DNA of 64,000 nt, taken from an uncultured Alphaproteobacteria bacterium (GTDB lineage: Bacteria > Pseudomonadota > Alphaproteobacteria > RF32 > CAG-239). A program made the translations under genes and the position numbers. Within the stretch, counting starts at the first letter, position 1. The number at the start of each line of letters is the position of its first letter. The notes under the pieces were generated by a model. It was not told where the DNA came from. It made no database searches and saw only the letters and a program-made list of their open reading frames with translations. The DNA is taken from the NCBI GenBank assembly GCA_944389095.1, contig CALXLC010000023.1, positions 84 through 64,083 of the forward strand, given 5' to 3'. Below are positions 1 to 8,115 of this stretch, in pieces.

Positions 1-36
1 AACACTCACCACACTATAGATTATAAAGTAATTTTA

Positions 37-312
37 TCATAATCTTTGGTGCGTGTCAACATGCATTTGAGCACACTGGACGAAACCGCCCAGCGGGCGG
101 GGGCATGACTGGCTGCCTACATAATCTTTAAGTGGGCACGCGGTGCTTTTTCGTATCTGCCGTTCCTCCGTGCCTGATGTCTATTTGACAGAGTGCGAGC
201 CGCACGGGCATAACTTAAGCGGATGTGGAGGGAATTTTACTTTTCTGCGGGGGTGGAATGTGTTGCAAGAATAATCTTTAAATCGGTGCGCGGACTTTTT
301 TGTGTCCGTATG
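37..312 (+). repeat. Composite dispersed repeat, locus A (one 57-bp-type unit at 192-249; tail modules at about 40-60, 121-174 and 250-312)
   Basis: Direct comparison with 7767-8025 shows shared strings: ccgcccagcg.gcgg.ggca; gagccgc.cgggcataac.taagcgg.tgtggag; acttttctgc.ggggtgg.atgtgttgcaagaataatc.ttaaa; ctttttcgtatctgc.gttcctccgtgcc. Confidence 0.8.
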
Positions 313-330
313 TTTTGGTGTTGGGTATGG

Positions 331-366
331 AACCAGAAAACCCGGGAATTTTATTCCCGGGTTTCA
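331..366 (-). terminator. Rho-independent terminator downstream of the DUF1013 gene
   Basis: Perfect 12-bp stem aaacccgggaat/attcccgggttt (338-364) with a ttt loop. On the minus strand it is followed by a T-rich run. Confidence 0.7.
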
Positions 367-382
367 AATCTTGTTTCTTAAA

Positions 383-982
383 TTATTTTTTTGTTGCTTT
401 GCTCTTTTTGGCCGTCGTTTTTTTGGCTTTGGAAGCTTTTTTCGGTTTCTCCGATTTGGCCGCAGCTTTTTGTGCCGCCAAAACGGCTTTTTCAATATCC
501 TGCTCCGAACACAGGCCAATTGTTACCGGATTTTTGGGACGGATTATTGCCATGTCACGGTGTGTTCCGTTGCGAATGGCTTCAATCGTCGGTTTGGTCG
601 TGCCAATCAGCTTGCAAATCTGACTGTCTTTCAAATCGGGATAATTTTTGATAATCCAGGCAATTCCGTTCGGCTTGTCCTGACGCTGAGATGGCGACAG
701 AACCTTTTTGGCCTTCAGATTGCGGGCCTTGACGTTTCTTTCCATTTCATTGAGCGTCAGGTTGGCCTTGGGATCGGCTTCGCAGCGATGAATCTCTTCC
801 ATGGTCAGCTGATCGTTGTCTATCGGCGAAAGGCCCATGATGTTTCCAGATACGTCACCATCGGCAATCGCCTGAATTTCCAATTCATGAAGTTCGCAAA
901 AATTGGCTATTTGCCGAAATGTCAATGTGGTATTTTCCACCAGCCACACTGCCGTTGCGCGGGGCATTAAAGGTGCAGTCAT
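383..982 (-). CDS. DUF1013-family protein (TrcR-like alphaproteobacterial cell-cycle regulator family) with a Lys/Ala-rich C-terminal tail
   Basis: 199-aa ORF. The N-terminus MTAPLMPRATAVWLVENTTLTFRQIANFC matches the DUF1013 signature as I remember it. An AAAGGA Shine-Dalgarno lies upstream of the ATG at 982. Confidence 0.7.
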   Translation of the reverse strand: MTAPLMPRATAVWLVENTTLTFRQIANFCELHELEIQAIADGDVSGNIMGLSPIDNDQLTMEEIHRCEADPKANLTLNEMERNVKARNLKAKKVLSPSQRQDKPNGIAWIIKNYPDLKDSQICKLIGTTKPTIEAIRNGTHRDMAIIRPKNPVTIGLCSEQDIEKAVLAAQKAAAKSEKPKKASKAKKTTAKKSKATKK

Positions 983-1094
983 TATTTTTATCCTTTCTGT
1001 GCAATATACTCGTCTTTAAAACTATCTTTAACATAATTTTTATTTGCACAATATACAAGCATTTTTTGCAGAGATACCGGGATTTTTAACAATG

Positions 1095-2696
1095 TCAATC
1101 AATCAGTTTGTAAAGAGCAACGCTCCGGCCGTCTGAAGAAAATACTTTTTCGCCAAGGAAGTCAAATTTGAAGCCGCTGTTTTCGGGCAGAGCCTCCACA
1201 ACTTCCCGGGTGGCAATGATTTCTCCGTTGTAAATATGCTCAAACATGTCTTTGAGATAGGCATCAACTCCCGGCTCGCCTTCTTCAAAATAATCCGTTA
1301 CGGCGCAGCAATTGCGCAGCAGCAAATTTTCATTGTTGGTTTCTTCCTGATAAGTGGCGATGTCTTTCAGACACTCGTCCGCAAATTTAAGCGCATTATT
1401 AATTTTGCGAAAACGAATGCGGGTAATGCCTTCGGCCTCCAAAACATTGTCTCCCTTGTATTTTCCGAGGAGATTTGATATCAGATTGCGGATGGAAGCA
1501 CTGGTCTGTTCCGCAACTTTGTCCTTGTTGGGAACGGCCTCGTCCATAAACTTCAAATCGCTTTTGATATTGACCAAAACCGTTTTGACAACTTCCTGAT
1601 TTACCGGAAGCTCATCCATAATCGTCGGAGTATTGTCATTGATTTCGGTACGATTGAGGCGCTCCCACTTGCCGAATGTGATGTTGAGCAGTTCGGACGG
1701 CATCGGCTGCCCCTTGATGACGTGCGCCATCAAATAGGCCCCAACTCCGGTTAAAAAAACGGCAACCTTGCTGTCTTTATACGATCTTTTGGCCTCGTAA
1801 AAAGCCTCTAAATCCGCACGTTCTCCGTCAATAATCCGAAAGGCCTCATACAACACCGAGTTGGCTTCCGAAATGGATAAACCGCTGTAACGCGCCAGTT
1901 CCAGACAGCCTCCGTAGACAATCAGCTTGACACCGAGTTTTGAAAAATTGTTGCTCATGGAAGTATGAGACTGAATGTTTGACAGAAGCTCCGTCAGAAA
2001 AGAGATGACATACTGCTTATATTCCAGAGGCGCCTCGGGATATGCCGGCGTCATAATCGGTTCGATTTCATCATTTAAGTTATAAAGATGAATCAAGTCC
2101 TCCGCCTTGTCATAAAAATTTTTTTCGGCAACCTGACGCGGTTTGTTTTTGTTGTAGGAAAAAACATACCACGGCACCGTCTTGATAACCAAAGGAATGG
2201 CCAAAGACAAAAATACGACCAGAAAAACGCTGAACAATACCGGTTTGGCACTGTCCTCGGAAATAAAGTTTTCAATAACAGGAAATACCAAGCTGACAAT
2301 TACGTTTGCCAGAACCAAGCTTATCAAAATAACCGCCAGCAGGCGGGCAACCGCACCGGCAACGCTGTGGCGGGGTATTCCGCCGGAAATAACTATTTCT
2401 TCGACTTCTTCGCCGCCGGCCGAATGAATTTGCGGATATCCGGAGAGATTTCCCTGCCCCGGCACGACTGCTACAGTCTTCTTTTTATTCAGATTGCTGA
2501 CGTATTCGACCGTTTCCTGATACGAGTTATCCTGAACGTCAAAGATTTCTTTGATGATTTTGACTTTAAGTTTATCCTGCTCCAGTTCTTTGGCAAGATT
2601 GAAGGCCTCCTGACGCTGATCAAGCGAAAAACGGTCTTCCAGCTGCCACCCCGAACCACGGTCGGTATAAACTTCAAAATGCGTTATTTTTATCAT
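1095..2696 (-). CDS. Hypothetical multi-pass membrane protein
   Basis: Long ORF with hydrophobic helices around aa 115-200 (VARLLAVILISLVLANVIVSLVF, VLFSVFLVVFLSLAIPLVI). I prefer the ATG at 2696 because the TTG at 2720 lies inside the rpmE terminator tail. No family recognised. Confidence 0.6.
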   Translation of the reverse strand: MIKITHFEVYTDRGSGWQLEDRFSLDQRQEAFNLAKELEQDKLKVKIIKEIFDVQDNSYQETVEYVSNLNKKKTVAVVPGQGNLSGYPQIHSAGGEEVEEIVISGGIPRHSVAGAVARLLAVILISLVLANVIVSLVFPVIENFISEDSAKPVLFSVFLVVFLSLAIPLVIKTVPWYVFSYNKNKPRQVAEKNFYDKAEDLIHLYNLNDEIEPIMTPAYPEAPLEYKQYVISFLTELLSNIQSHTSMSNNFSKLGVKLIVYGGCLELARYSGLSISEANSVLYEAFRIIDGERADLEAFYEAKRSYKDSKVAVFLTGVGAYLMAHVIKGQPMPSELLNITFGKWERLNRTEINDNTPTIMDELPVNQEVVKTVLVNIKSDLKFMDEAVPNKDKVAEQTSASIRNLISNLLGKYKGDNVLEAEGITRIRFRKINNALKFADECLKDIATYQEETNNENLLLRNCCAVTDYFEEGEPGVDAYLKDMFEHIYNGEIIATREVVEALPENSGFKFDFLGEKVFSSDGRSVALYKLID

Positions 2697-2712
2697 CTTC
2701 AGAAATACTTTC

Positions 2713-2751
2713 TTAAACAAAACCTGCGTCTGATAGTATCAGACGCAGGTT
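2713..2751 (-). terminator. Rho-independent terminator of rpmE
   Basis: 15-bp stem aacctgcgtctgata/tatcagacgcaggtt (2721-2751), followed on the minus strand by ttttgttt. Confidence 0.8.
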
Positions 2752-2779
2752 AATAAATAGCAAACGATTTACGCTTTTA

Positions 2780-3037
2780 TTATTTATTGGATGATCCGGC
2801 AGCAGCGTCTTCACCGGTTTTGAGACCGAAAGCGCCAAACTTGTTTTTAAATTTAGACAGCTGTCCGCCCGTGTCTACCAAACGGCGAACGCCCGTCCAT
2901 ACCGGATGGGATTTGGGATCAACTTCCAAATTAATAACGTCACCGGCCTTGCCCAGCGTAGAGCGGGTGGTGAACTTTGAACCGTCAGTCATTACATAAG
3001 TAATTTCGTGATAGTCGGGATGAATTCCTTTTTTCAT
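2780..3037 (-). CDS. rpmE: 50S ribosomal protein L31
   Basis: [20 protein letters not shown] is the classic L31 N-terminus. An AGGAG Shine-Dalgarno lies 8 nt upstream of the ATG at 3037. The track ORF start at 3061 is rejected. Confidence 0.93.
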   Translation of the reverse strand: MKKGIHPDYHEITYVMTDGSKFTTRSTLGKAGDVINLEVDPKSHPVWTGVRRLVDTGGQLSKFKNKFGAFGLKTGEDAAAGSSNK

Positions 3038-3136
3038 CGTAAAAACTCCTGAAACTTTCATTAACGTATAATTTTTATGCTCTTATACATTACTCAATTT
3101 AATAACGCAAGCATTATTTAAAGATTTTTTTAATTT

Positions 3137-4120
3137 TTACTTCAATTCTTCCAGCTCAACCTGATTGGCCTTGGTCGAACCCGGCTCAACATTAATGACT
3201 TTGATGCTGAAATTTTTATAGCCTTTTTGCAGAAGATAACTGCGAATCTCTATGGCCCGGTTCAGACAGGTCCGCTTTTTGCGGAAGGCGTCTTCTCCGT
3301 CGTCCAGATTATAAGAATGAATGGCTATTTTATTATTGACCGGATCGTCAAAACCGGCAATCAGCGCATCAAGCTGACGTTTTTGCTCGTCACTGAGTTC
3401 CGAAACATCTTCGTTAAATGTCAGCAGATTCGAAACATCAAGAGCCTGAGAAGCCGGTTCGGCGTTGTCAGTGGCGGACGGTTGGGCAGTTTGGTCCGGC
3501 TGCTGTGCCGTTTCTACCGGAAGCACGGACGGCGCGGTTACGGCTTGGGCTTCCGTTTTTTTATTCTGTTCGGCGCTTTTCTCCAAAGAAACGGGTTCAA
3601 CATCCACAACCTCAACCGGTTCGGAAGACGTTACAAACGGAATTTTTGGAGCGTTTTCAGGCGTAAGCTCCTTATTTTGTTCCGAGGTTTCCGGCTTTTT
3701 TTCGTCAGGAACATTGACATTGTCGGCAACAATCACCTCTTTAACCGGAGCCGGAGAAACAACTTTTACCTCTTTTTCGGCCGGCTTTGGCTCTTCTTTC
3801 ACGGCATTTTCCGTTTTTTCGGCTGTTTTTACGACCCGGGGTTCTTCCGCTTTTGCCGGTTGCTTAACCTTTACGGACACCTGATTTGAGGTCGTTTTTT
3901 TTCTGGCGGCCGGTTTGGCTTTGCGCGGAGCCGCCGGTGCGGGAACGGGTTTTACGACGGGAAACAACGGTTGGGGGCTGACGGCGGCAGATGTTTCGAC
4001 ATCAAGTCCGTCCAAGACAGAAAAGTCGACATAAACATCACTGCTTTGAGCCAGCGCCGCGCCGGATATTCCGAGTGCGGCAAGGCAGCTTAACGACAAC
4101 AACCCAATCTGTTTGCGCAT
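3137..4120 (-). CDS. Secreted Pro/Lys/Glu-rich protein with an OmpA-like C-terminal domain
   Basis: Signal peptide MRKQIGLLSLSCLAALGISGAALA|QS, then a low-complexity PAPAAPRKAKPAARKK / EEPKPAEKE region. The C-terminus (KIAIHSYNLDDGEDAFRKKRTCLNRAIEIRSYLLQKGY) resembles the OmpA_C pattern. Confidence 0.6.
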   Translation of the reverse strand: MRKQIGLLSLSCLAALGISGAALAQSSDVYVDFSVLDGLDVETSAAVSPQPLFPVVKPVPAPAAPRKAKPAARKKTTSNQVSVKVKQPAKAEEPRVVKTAEKTENAVKEEPKPAEKEVKVVSPAPVKEVIVADNVNVPDEKKPETSEQNKELTPENAPKIPFVTSSEPVEVVDVEPVSLEKSAEQNKKTEAQAVTAPSVLPVETAQQPDQTAQPSATDNAEPASQALDVSNLLTFNEDVSELSDEQKRQLDALIAGFDDPVNNKIAIHSYNLDDGEDAFRKKRTCLNRAIEIRSYLLQKGYKNFSIKVINVEPGSTKANQVELEELK

Positions 4121-4136
4121 TGTTTCTCCCTTCCGA

Positions 4137-4901
4137 CTAATTGTTAATCAAATCATGCATCCGGCGTCCAAGCTCAGCATTGACGGCAAGACATTTGCCA
4201 CTGTCTAAAGCCGCTGCCAAATTCTCGGTGCGGATATCTTTCTGATTTGCGTCATACACATATCCGCCGGCCTCTTTAACCAGCAGCATGCCGGCCGCAA
4301 ATTCCGCGGCGCTTCCCGATATAACAGCCGCATCAAGCTTTCCGGCGGCAACAAACGCCAAATCCAACACCGGAGAACCTTGCATGCGTACCGCTGCCAA
4401 AGCCGTATATGCCGGCATGTATTCCGAAACACCGATAACGGCATCCGCCGCCTCTTTGCGGGAGGAGACGCGCAGGCGTTCGTGACTCCGGCTGCCTTCC
4501 TTAAATGCGCCGTTGCCTTTTTCGGCAAAATACGTATCACCGGTCGCCGGATTATAAATTACGCCGGAAGTAACGACGCCTTTTTCCACGACGGCAACGG
4601 AAACGGCAAAGTGGGGGATTCCGTGCATAAAATTCAGACTGCCGTCCATCGGAGCAACCAGAAAATGCGATGCCGCGGGACGCTTGTCACCACTGAAAAC
4701 AACGGCATAGTCCGGACGAGCCCTTTGCAATTCCGTTTTCAGCGCGCGTTTGATTTTTTCCACGGCTGCGGCCGTAAATTCCTTATGTCCGCGAACGGAA
4801 GACTGCAACAGCTCAATTTCGCTGAAATCGCGGCTAAGCGCCGTCGAAACTTTTTTAACCGTCGAGAGTAAAAAGTTGAGGTTGGCGGAAATATACGACA
4901 T
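4137..4901 (-). CDS. suhB: Inositol monophosphatase family protein
   Basis: IMPase-family motifs are visible: APMDGSLNFMHGIPHFAVSVA and a later AAG...D block. The start overlaps the efp stop (TAATG). Confidence 0.8.
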   Translation of the reverse strand: MSYISANLNFLLSTVKKVSTALSRDFSEIELLQSSVRGHKEFTAAAVEKIKRALKTELQRARPDYAVVFSGDKRPAASHFLVAPMDGSLNFMHGIPHFAVSVAVVEKGVVTSGVIYNPATGDTYFAEKGNGAFKEGSRSHERLRVSSRKEAADAVIGVSEYMPAYTALAAVRMQGSPVLDLAFVAAGKLDAAVISGSAAEFAAGMLLVKEAGGYVYDANQKDIRTENLAAALDSGKCLAVNAELGRRMHDLINN

Positions 4902-5464
4902 TATTTGGCTCTTTCTACATAAGATGCGTCTGAGGTGGAAACGACGATTTTATCGCCGACGCCGACAAACGGCGGAACCGTCGTGCGGACACCGTTATCC
5001 AACATTGCGGGTTTGTAGGACGAAGAAACGGTCTGGCCCTTGATGACGGGTTCGGTTTCCGTAACTTCGCAAATAACCTGCAGCGGCAGTTCGACGGAAA
5101 TCGGCTTGCCGTCAATCACACTGACTTTGACCTGCATGCCGTCCGTCAAAAACGGGCGGGAATCGCCCAAAATGTCCGACGGCATGGCAAATTGTTCAAA
5201 CGTTTCGTTTTCCATGAAAGTCAGGCCGCTGGCATCTTCAAACAAAAACTGACAATCTTTGGTTTCAACCATCATTTTTTCGACAATGTCCTCGGTTCTG
5301 AAACGTTCGTTGGTTTTGGTTCCTTCTTCAACGGATTTCATTTCGACCTGCATAAAGGCGCCGCCTTTTCCGGGCTTGACAAAGTTTGTTTTCAACACCG
5401 TCCAGGGTTTGTTTTTATATTCGATTACCCAGCCAATTCTGATTGATCCGGCTTGCTGTTTCAT
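4901..5464 (-). CDS. efp: Elongation factor P
   Basis: 187 aa. KPGKGGAFMQVEMKS and SSSYKPAMLDNG...VPPFV are canonical EF-P blocks. Confidence 0.93.
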   Translation of the reverse strand: MKQQAGSIRIGWVIEYKNKPWTVLKTNFVKPGKGGAFMQVEMKSVEEGTKTNERFRTEDIVEKMMVETKDCQFLFEDASGLTFMENETFEQFAMPSDILGDSRPFLTDGMQVKVSVIDGKPISVELPLQVICEVTETEPVIKGQTVSSSYKPAMLDNGVRTTVPPFVGVGDKIVVSTSDASYVERAK

Positions 5465-5538
5465 GGTTCTGTCTCCTAAAATTTATTTTTATTCTTATTT
5501 CTGTTTTATAGGCAAATTAATCTAAACTTTGATTTTTA

Positions 5539-6054
5539 TCAACCAAAATCTTTATAATCACGCGAATTTATCATCAAAAAATCCGTCTCGGGAAAATCTT
5601 TGTCCCTGACTGCGGGATTAAAGACGACTGCCGACTGGATTAAAAAAAGCTCGTTATACCATTTGATGACATCGCGCGCCTGCCCGGCTTCTTCCGGACG
5701 AAAATCAAAAGCCACGAATTCTGGCTCGACCTCCGACGCCAGCATGGCCTCGTGCCGGCGCGGCGGAATAATTATCCCCAAAGCTTTACGGGGGCCGATA
5801 ACTTCGCGAATCTTTTTCAACGGAGCTTTCAGCGGCTTTGAAACATCTGCTTCGGCAACGACGCCGTCAAAATCCAGACGCTTGCACAAAACGGCGGCAT
5901 CTTTTCCGCAGAGCAGGCTCAGCCCCGGAAAATTCCGTCGGGCTTTCAGCAGAAATTCCTCCGGCAGAGACGCATCAAAAAGACAACAGCAAACCCGGCC
6001 GTCATTATAAACGACATCGTCCGGCGTTTCTATTTTGAGAATAATCTGGGACAT
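5539..6054 (-). CDS. Hypothetical protein, possibly ThiE/TenI-like (TMP synthase superfamily)
   Basis: ORF from the ATG at 6054 (MSQIILKIETPDD). The family resemblance is weak (FDGVVAEAD...GIIIPPRRHEAMLA...EPEFVAFDF). The assignment is from memory of efp-neighbourhood genes. Confidence 0.35.
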   Translation of the reverse strand: MSQIILKIETPDDVVYNDGRVCCCLFDASLPEEFLLKARRNFPGLSLLCGKDAAVLCKRLDFDGVVAEADVSKPLKAPLKKIREVIGPRKALGIIIPPRRHEAMLASEVEPEFVAFDFRPEEAGQARDVIKWYNELFLIQSAVVFNPAVRDKDFPETDFLMINSRDYKDFG

Positions 6055-6143
6055 GTTTTTCTTTTTGCTTGTAAAACCTTTACACTTGTTTATTATACCC
6101 TGAATATAAGTGAATATTTTCAATTTAGGAAGAGAAATTTATT

Positions 6144-6413
6144 ATGGAAGCAAAAAAAATCGAGTTTACCGAAACCAACAATGCCCTGGCCGAACTGAGC
6201 GAGGCGTTGGTCAACCTGAACGTTTCCGTATCTGCAAAAAAAAATGAACTGAAGGCTCAAAACAAACAGCAGGAAAACATTTTGAAAGACAGGGAAAACC
6301 GTCTGCAGATTCTGACAACATCTTCCGAAAATATTCTTCACAATATTGACAATATCATCTCTCAACTTGACAAAGTATTAGAAAACGATGGCACAGGTAA
6401 CAATAACGATTAA
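6144..6413 (+). CDS. Small coiled-coil protein upstream of zapA (ZauP/DUF4164-like)
   Basis: 89-aa heptad-rich ORF overlapping the zapA start by 26 nt. Position and composition match the Caulobacter ZauP-ZapA arrangement. Confidence 0.55.
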   Translation: MEAKKIEFTETNNALAELSEALVNLNVSVSAKKNELKAQNKQQENILKDRENRLQILTTSSENILHNIDNIISQLDKVLENDGTGNNND

Positions 6414-6735
6414 TTCCAGAGAATATGCCGTTGCCTGCGAAGACGGACAAGAAGTCCGAATCATTCAGCTGGCGCGGGTGCTTGATGAAAAGGCGCGCAT
6501 GATTACGGGCGGAACCGGGCAAATCAGCGAAAACATGCTGTTGGCCATGGTCGGCCTGCTGTTGGCAGACGAACTCAACGAACTCAAAAAAGGCGCTTCG
6601 GACAAATCTCCGGCTGCCGCGGACGACGGCGCATATCAACAGCAAATACTCGAAAAAGACCATTCTCTGGCCGAAAAAATAAAATCTGTGACTGAACAGA
6701 TAAAATCTGTTGCATCTCATATAAATTTGTTGTAA
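6388..6735 (+). CDS. zapA: Cell division protein ZapA
   Basis: MAQVTITINSREYAVACEDGQEVRIIQLARVLDEKARMI is the typical ZapA N-terminal pattern, followed by LLAMVGLLLADEL. Confidence 0.85.
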   Translation: MAQVTITINSREYAVACEDGQEVRIIQLARVLDEKARMITGGTGQISENMLLAMVGLLLADELNELKKGASDKSPAAADDGAYQQQILEKDHSLAEKIKSVTEQIKSVASHINLL

Positions 6736-6744
6736 TGTAATGGC

Positions 6745-6934
6745 ATAGAGAGAAAGCTGCCCGGTGCGTAGGTCCGCAGATCTTCCGAGCCAACATATAT
6801 TTATAGGGAGCTGTCGCTGAATAAATCGTGGTTTATTTATATGGCGCCCACTTTGTGAAACGCGGTTCGACAAGAATGTTTTATACGGCAGGGCGGCTCT
6901 CTCTCACAATACTCCCCCTTTGCGGGGATTTTTT
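6745..6934 (+). ncRNA. ssrS: Candidate 6S RNA with terminal hairpin/T-tract
   Basis: Lies immediately downstream of zapA, as in the E. coli zapA-ssrS arrangement. The 5' arm gagagaaagctgcc (6748-6761) can pair with the 3' arm ggcagggcggctctctc (6887-6903) around a largely unpaired centre. A tcccc/gggga hairpin plus T6 sits at 6913-6934. There is no coding potential. Confidence 0.5.
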
Positions 6935-6963
6935 ATATATAAAACCATTCAGAGGAATTTGTT

Positions 6964-7803
6964 TTGAGAATCGTTTATTGCGGCGACATTGTGGCCCGTC
7001 CCGGCAGGGAGGCCGTTTTGAACAACATCGGCCGCCTGCGCGAATTGTATAATTTTGACGTCTTGATTGTTAATACGGACAATGCTGCGCACGGTTTTGG
7101 CACCACGCCGGGAATCTGCAGAGATTTTTTGGAGCAAGGCGTTACGGCAATCGTTACCGGCGATCATGTCTGGAATCAGCGCGAAATTATTCCCTTTTTG
7201 GACGACTGCAAACAAATTGTCCGCCCGTTGAACTATCCCGAAAGTCTTCCCGGCAAAGGCGCCCGCGTTATTGAACTGCCCAACGGCAAAAAAATTCTGG
7301 TTGCCGAGGTTGTCGGCCGGCTGTTTATGGAAGCGGTTGATTGTCCGGTTCAGGTAATGGACAAGCTGCTGCAGTCTTACCGGCTGGGGGCTAATGTCGA
7401 TGCGATTTTTGTAGACATCCATGCCGAGGCCACTGCCGAAAAAATATCTTTCGGACATTATCTGGACGGCAGAGTTTCTGCCGTTATCGGCAGTCATACG
7501 CATGTGCCGACTTCTGATTTTATGATTTTGCCCAAAGGCACCGCTTATCAGACTGATGCCGGAATGTGCGGTGACTATTCCGGCGTTATCGGCTTTGACA
7601 AAGAAGAACCTATGGCACGTCTGGCCCGGCGTTTTACCGGCGGGCGGCTGGTTCCGAATAAAGGCCCGGGAACCCTTTGGGGAACTTTTATTGAAACGGA
7701 TGACAAAACCGGTCTGGCCGTCAAAATTGAACAAATTAAACTTTTGTCCTCTCCGTCAGAGGTGCCCGCCGCCCAGCGCGCGGTGGCAGCGCCACGGGCA
7801 TAA
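6964..7803 (+). CDS. ymdB: YmdB-like metallophosphoesterase (TIGR00282 family, 2',3'-cyclic-nucleotide phosphodiesterase)
   Basis: TTG start with an AGAGGA Shine-Dalgarno. Motifs MRIVYCGDIV.RPGR, DNAAHGFG, GDH.WN and GSHTHVPT are present. The last ~14 codons and the stop are supplied by the repeat element. Confidence 0.85.
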   Translation: MRIVYCGDIVARPGREAVLNNIGRLRELYNFDVLIVNTDNAAHGFGTTPGICRDFLEQGVTAIVTGDHVWNQREIIPFLDDCKQIVRPLNYPESLPGKGARVIELPNGKKILVAEVVGRLFMEAVDCPVQVMDKLLQSYRLGANVDAIFVDIHAEATAEKISFGHYLDGRVSAVIGSHTHVPTSDFMILPKGTAYQTDAGMCGDYSGVIGFDKEEPMARLARRFTGGRLVPNKGPGTLWGTFIETDDKTGLAVKIEQIKLLSSPSEVPAAQRAVAAPRA

Positions 7804-8025
7804 CCTAAGCGGCGGTGGAAAGAATTTTACTTTTCTGCCGGCGAGCCGCCGGTGGCATAACCTAAGCGGCTGTGGAGAGGCTTCCACTTTTCTGCCGGCG
7901 AGCCGCCGGGGGCAATATCTAAGCGGCTGTGGAGAGGCTTCCACTTTTCTACGGGGGTGGGATGTGTTGCAAGAATAATCCTTAAACAGGCGTGGTCTTT
8001 TTCGTATCTGCTGTTCCTCCGTGCC
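7767..8025 (+). repeat. Composite dispersed repeat, locus B: leader, 3 tandem 57-bp units, then a ~70-bp tail
   Basis: taagcgg recurs at 7806, 7863 and 7920, an exact 57-bp period. The tail at 7954-8025 matches 250-312 and 121-174. Confidence 0.85.
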
Positions 8026-8115
8026 AGAAGGCAAGAAATTAAACTTCTAAATAAATCTTTATTTTTGTTTCGCCATATGTTAGTTTCCTTAAACATTACA
8101 TTAAAGGGTTGTGTT

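Noticed and set aside
1016-1031. CtrA-box-like TTAA...TTAA upstream of the DUF1013 gene
   Set aside because: The spacer is 8 nt (TTAA-N8-TTAA), not the canonical N7. A single near-match in AT-rich DNA is not meaningful.
7789-7953. Possible CRISPR array
   Set aside because: The 57-bp units are directly abutting with no unique spacers, there are only three copies, and no cas genes are in the window.
37-8025. The two repeat loci as inverted or direct ends of a 7.9-kb mobile element or island
   Set aside because: The enclosed genes are core housekeeping genes (rpmE, efp, suhB, zapA, 6S, ymdB) in lineage-typical order. No integrase, transposase or tRNA attachment site is present.
7756-8096. ORFs 7756-8034 (-), 7827-8096 (-) and 7556-7978 (+) running through the repeat array
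   Set aside because: Their 'protein' repeats simply mirror the 57-bp DNA period. There are no starts with a Shine-Dalgarno. They are more simply explained as a non-coding repeat.
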